From the NCBI RefSeq assembly GCF_006345805.1, contig NC_043011.1, forward strand, positions 31,756,464 through 31,820,463: DNA of 64,000 nucleotides. Reading direction: 5' to 3'. This document shows positions 63,961 to 64,000 of this stretch, in pieces; within the stretch, counting starts at the first letter, position 1; the number at the start of each line of letters is the position of its first letter. The notes under the pieces were generated by a model, which saw only the letters and a program-made list of their open reading frames with translations, was not told where the DNA came from and ran no database searches. This stretch comes from Octopus sinensis (taxonomy: Eukaryota). The translations under genes and the position numbers were made by a program.

Positions 63961-64000
63961 ATATTTGAATAAAAAACAATGAATGACTGGGTACTTAACA

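Overview
AT-rich, repeat-saturated eukaryotic DNA. The SINE repertoire and (TA)n/(CAT)n density suggest an octopus (cephalopod) genome; this is inference. The only host coding sequence I can support is the 3' end of a class I bHLH E-protein gene (daughterless/TCF4/TCF12 type) on the + strand: exon 4734-4850, terminal coding exon 8790-9082, and a probable ~3 kb 3'UTR almost free of TEs. The rest is SINEs (at least 5 families), decayed LINEs (CR1/L2-like, RTE), DNA transposon relics (hAT, mariner, Tigger), MITEs, a Helitron and microsatellites. Nearly all ORFs in the supplied track are repeat artefacts. The main unexpected signal is about a dozen minimal type I hammerhead ribozyme (HHR) motifs from several unrelated short non-coding elements, usually embedded in (TA)n tracts. 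They show covarying self-complementary helix III sequences and U3-A8 compensated cores. One lies in a 515-bp circularly permuted unit whose 5' end maps 10 nt from the predicted cleavage site. One lies downstream of a tRNA-like Pol III head with an inverted truncated partner. One lies in a near-perfect 351-bp palindrome. Together these suggest a diverse non-autonomous Penelope-pLTR/retrozyme-like ribozyme retroelement system. All folds were done by eye and no catalytic activity is shown. SINE/LINE boundaries are approximate.
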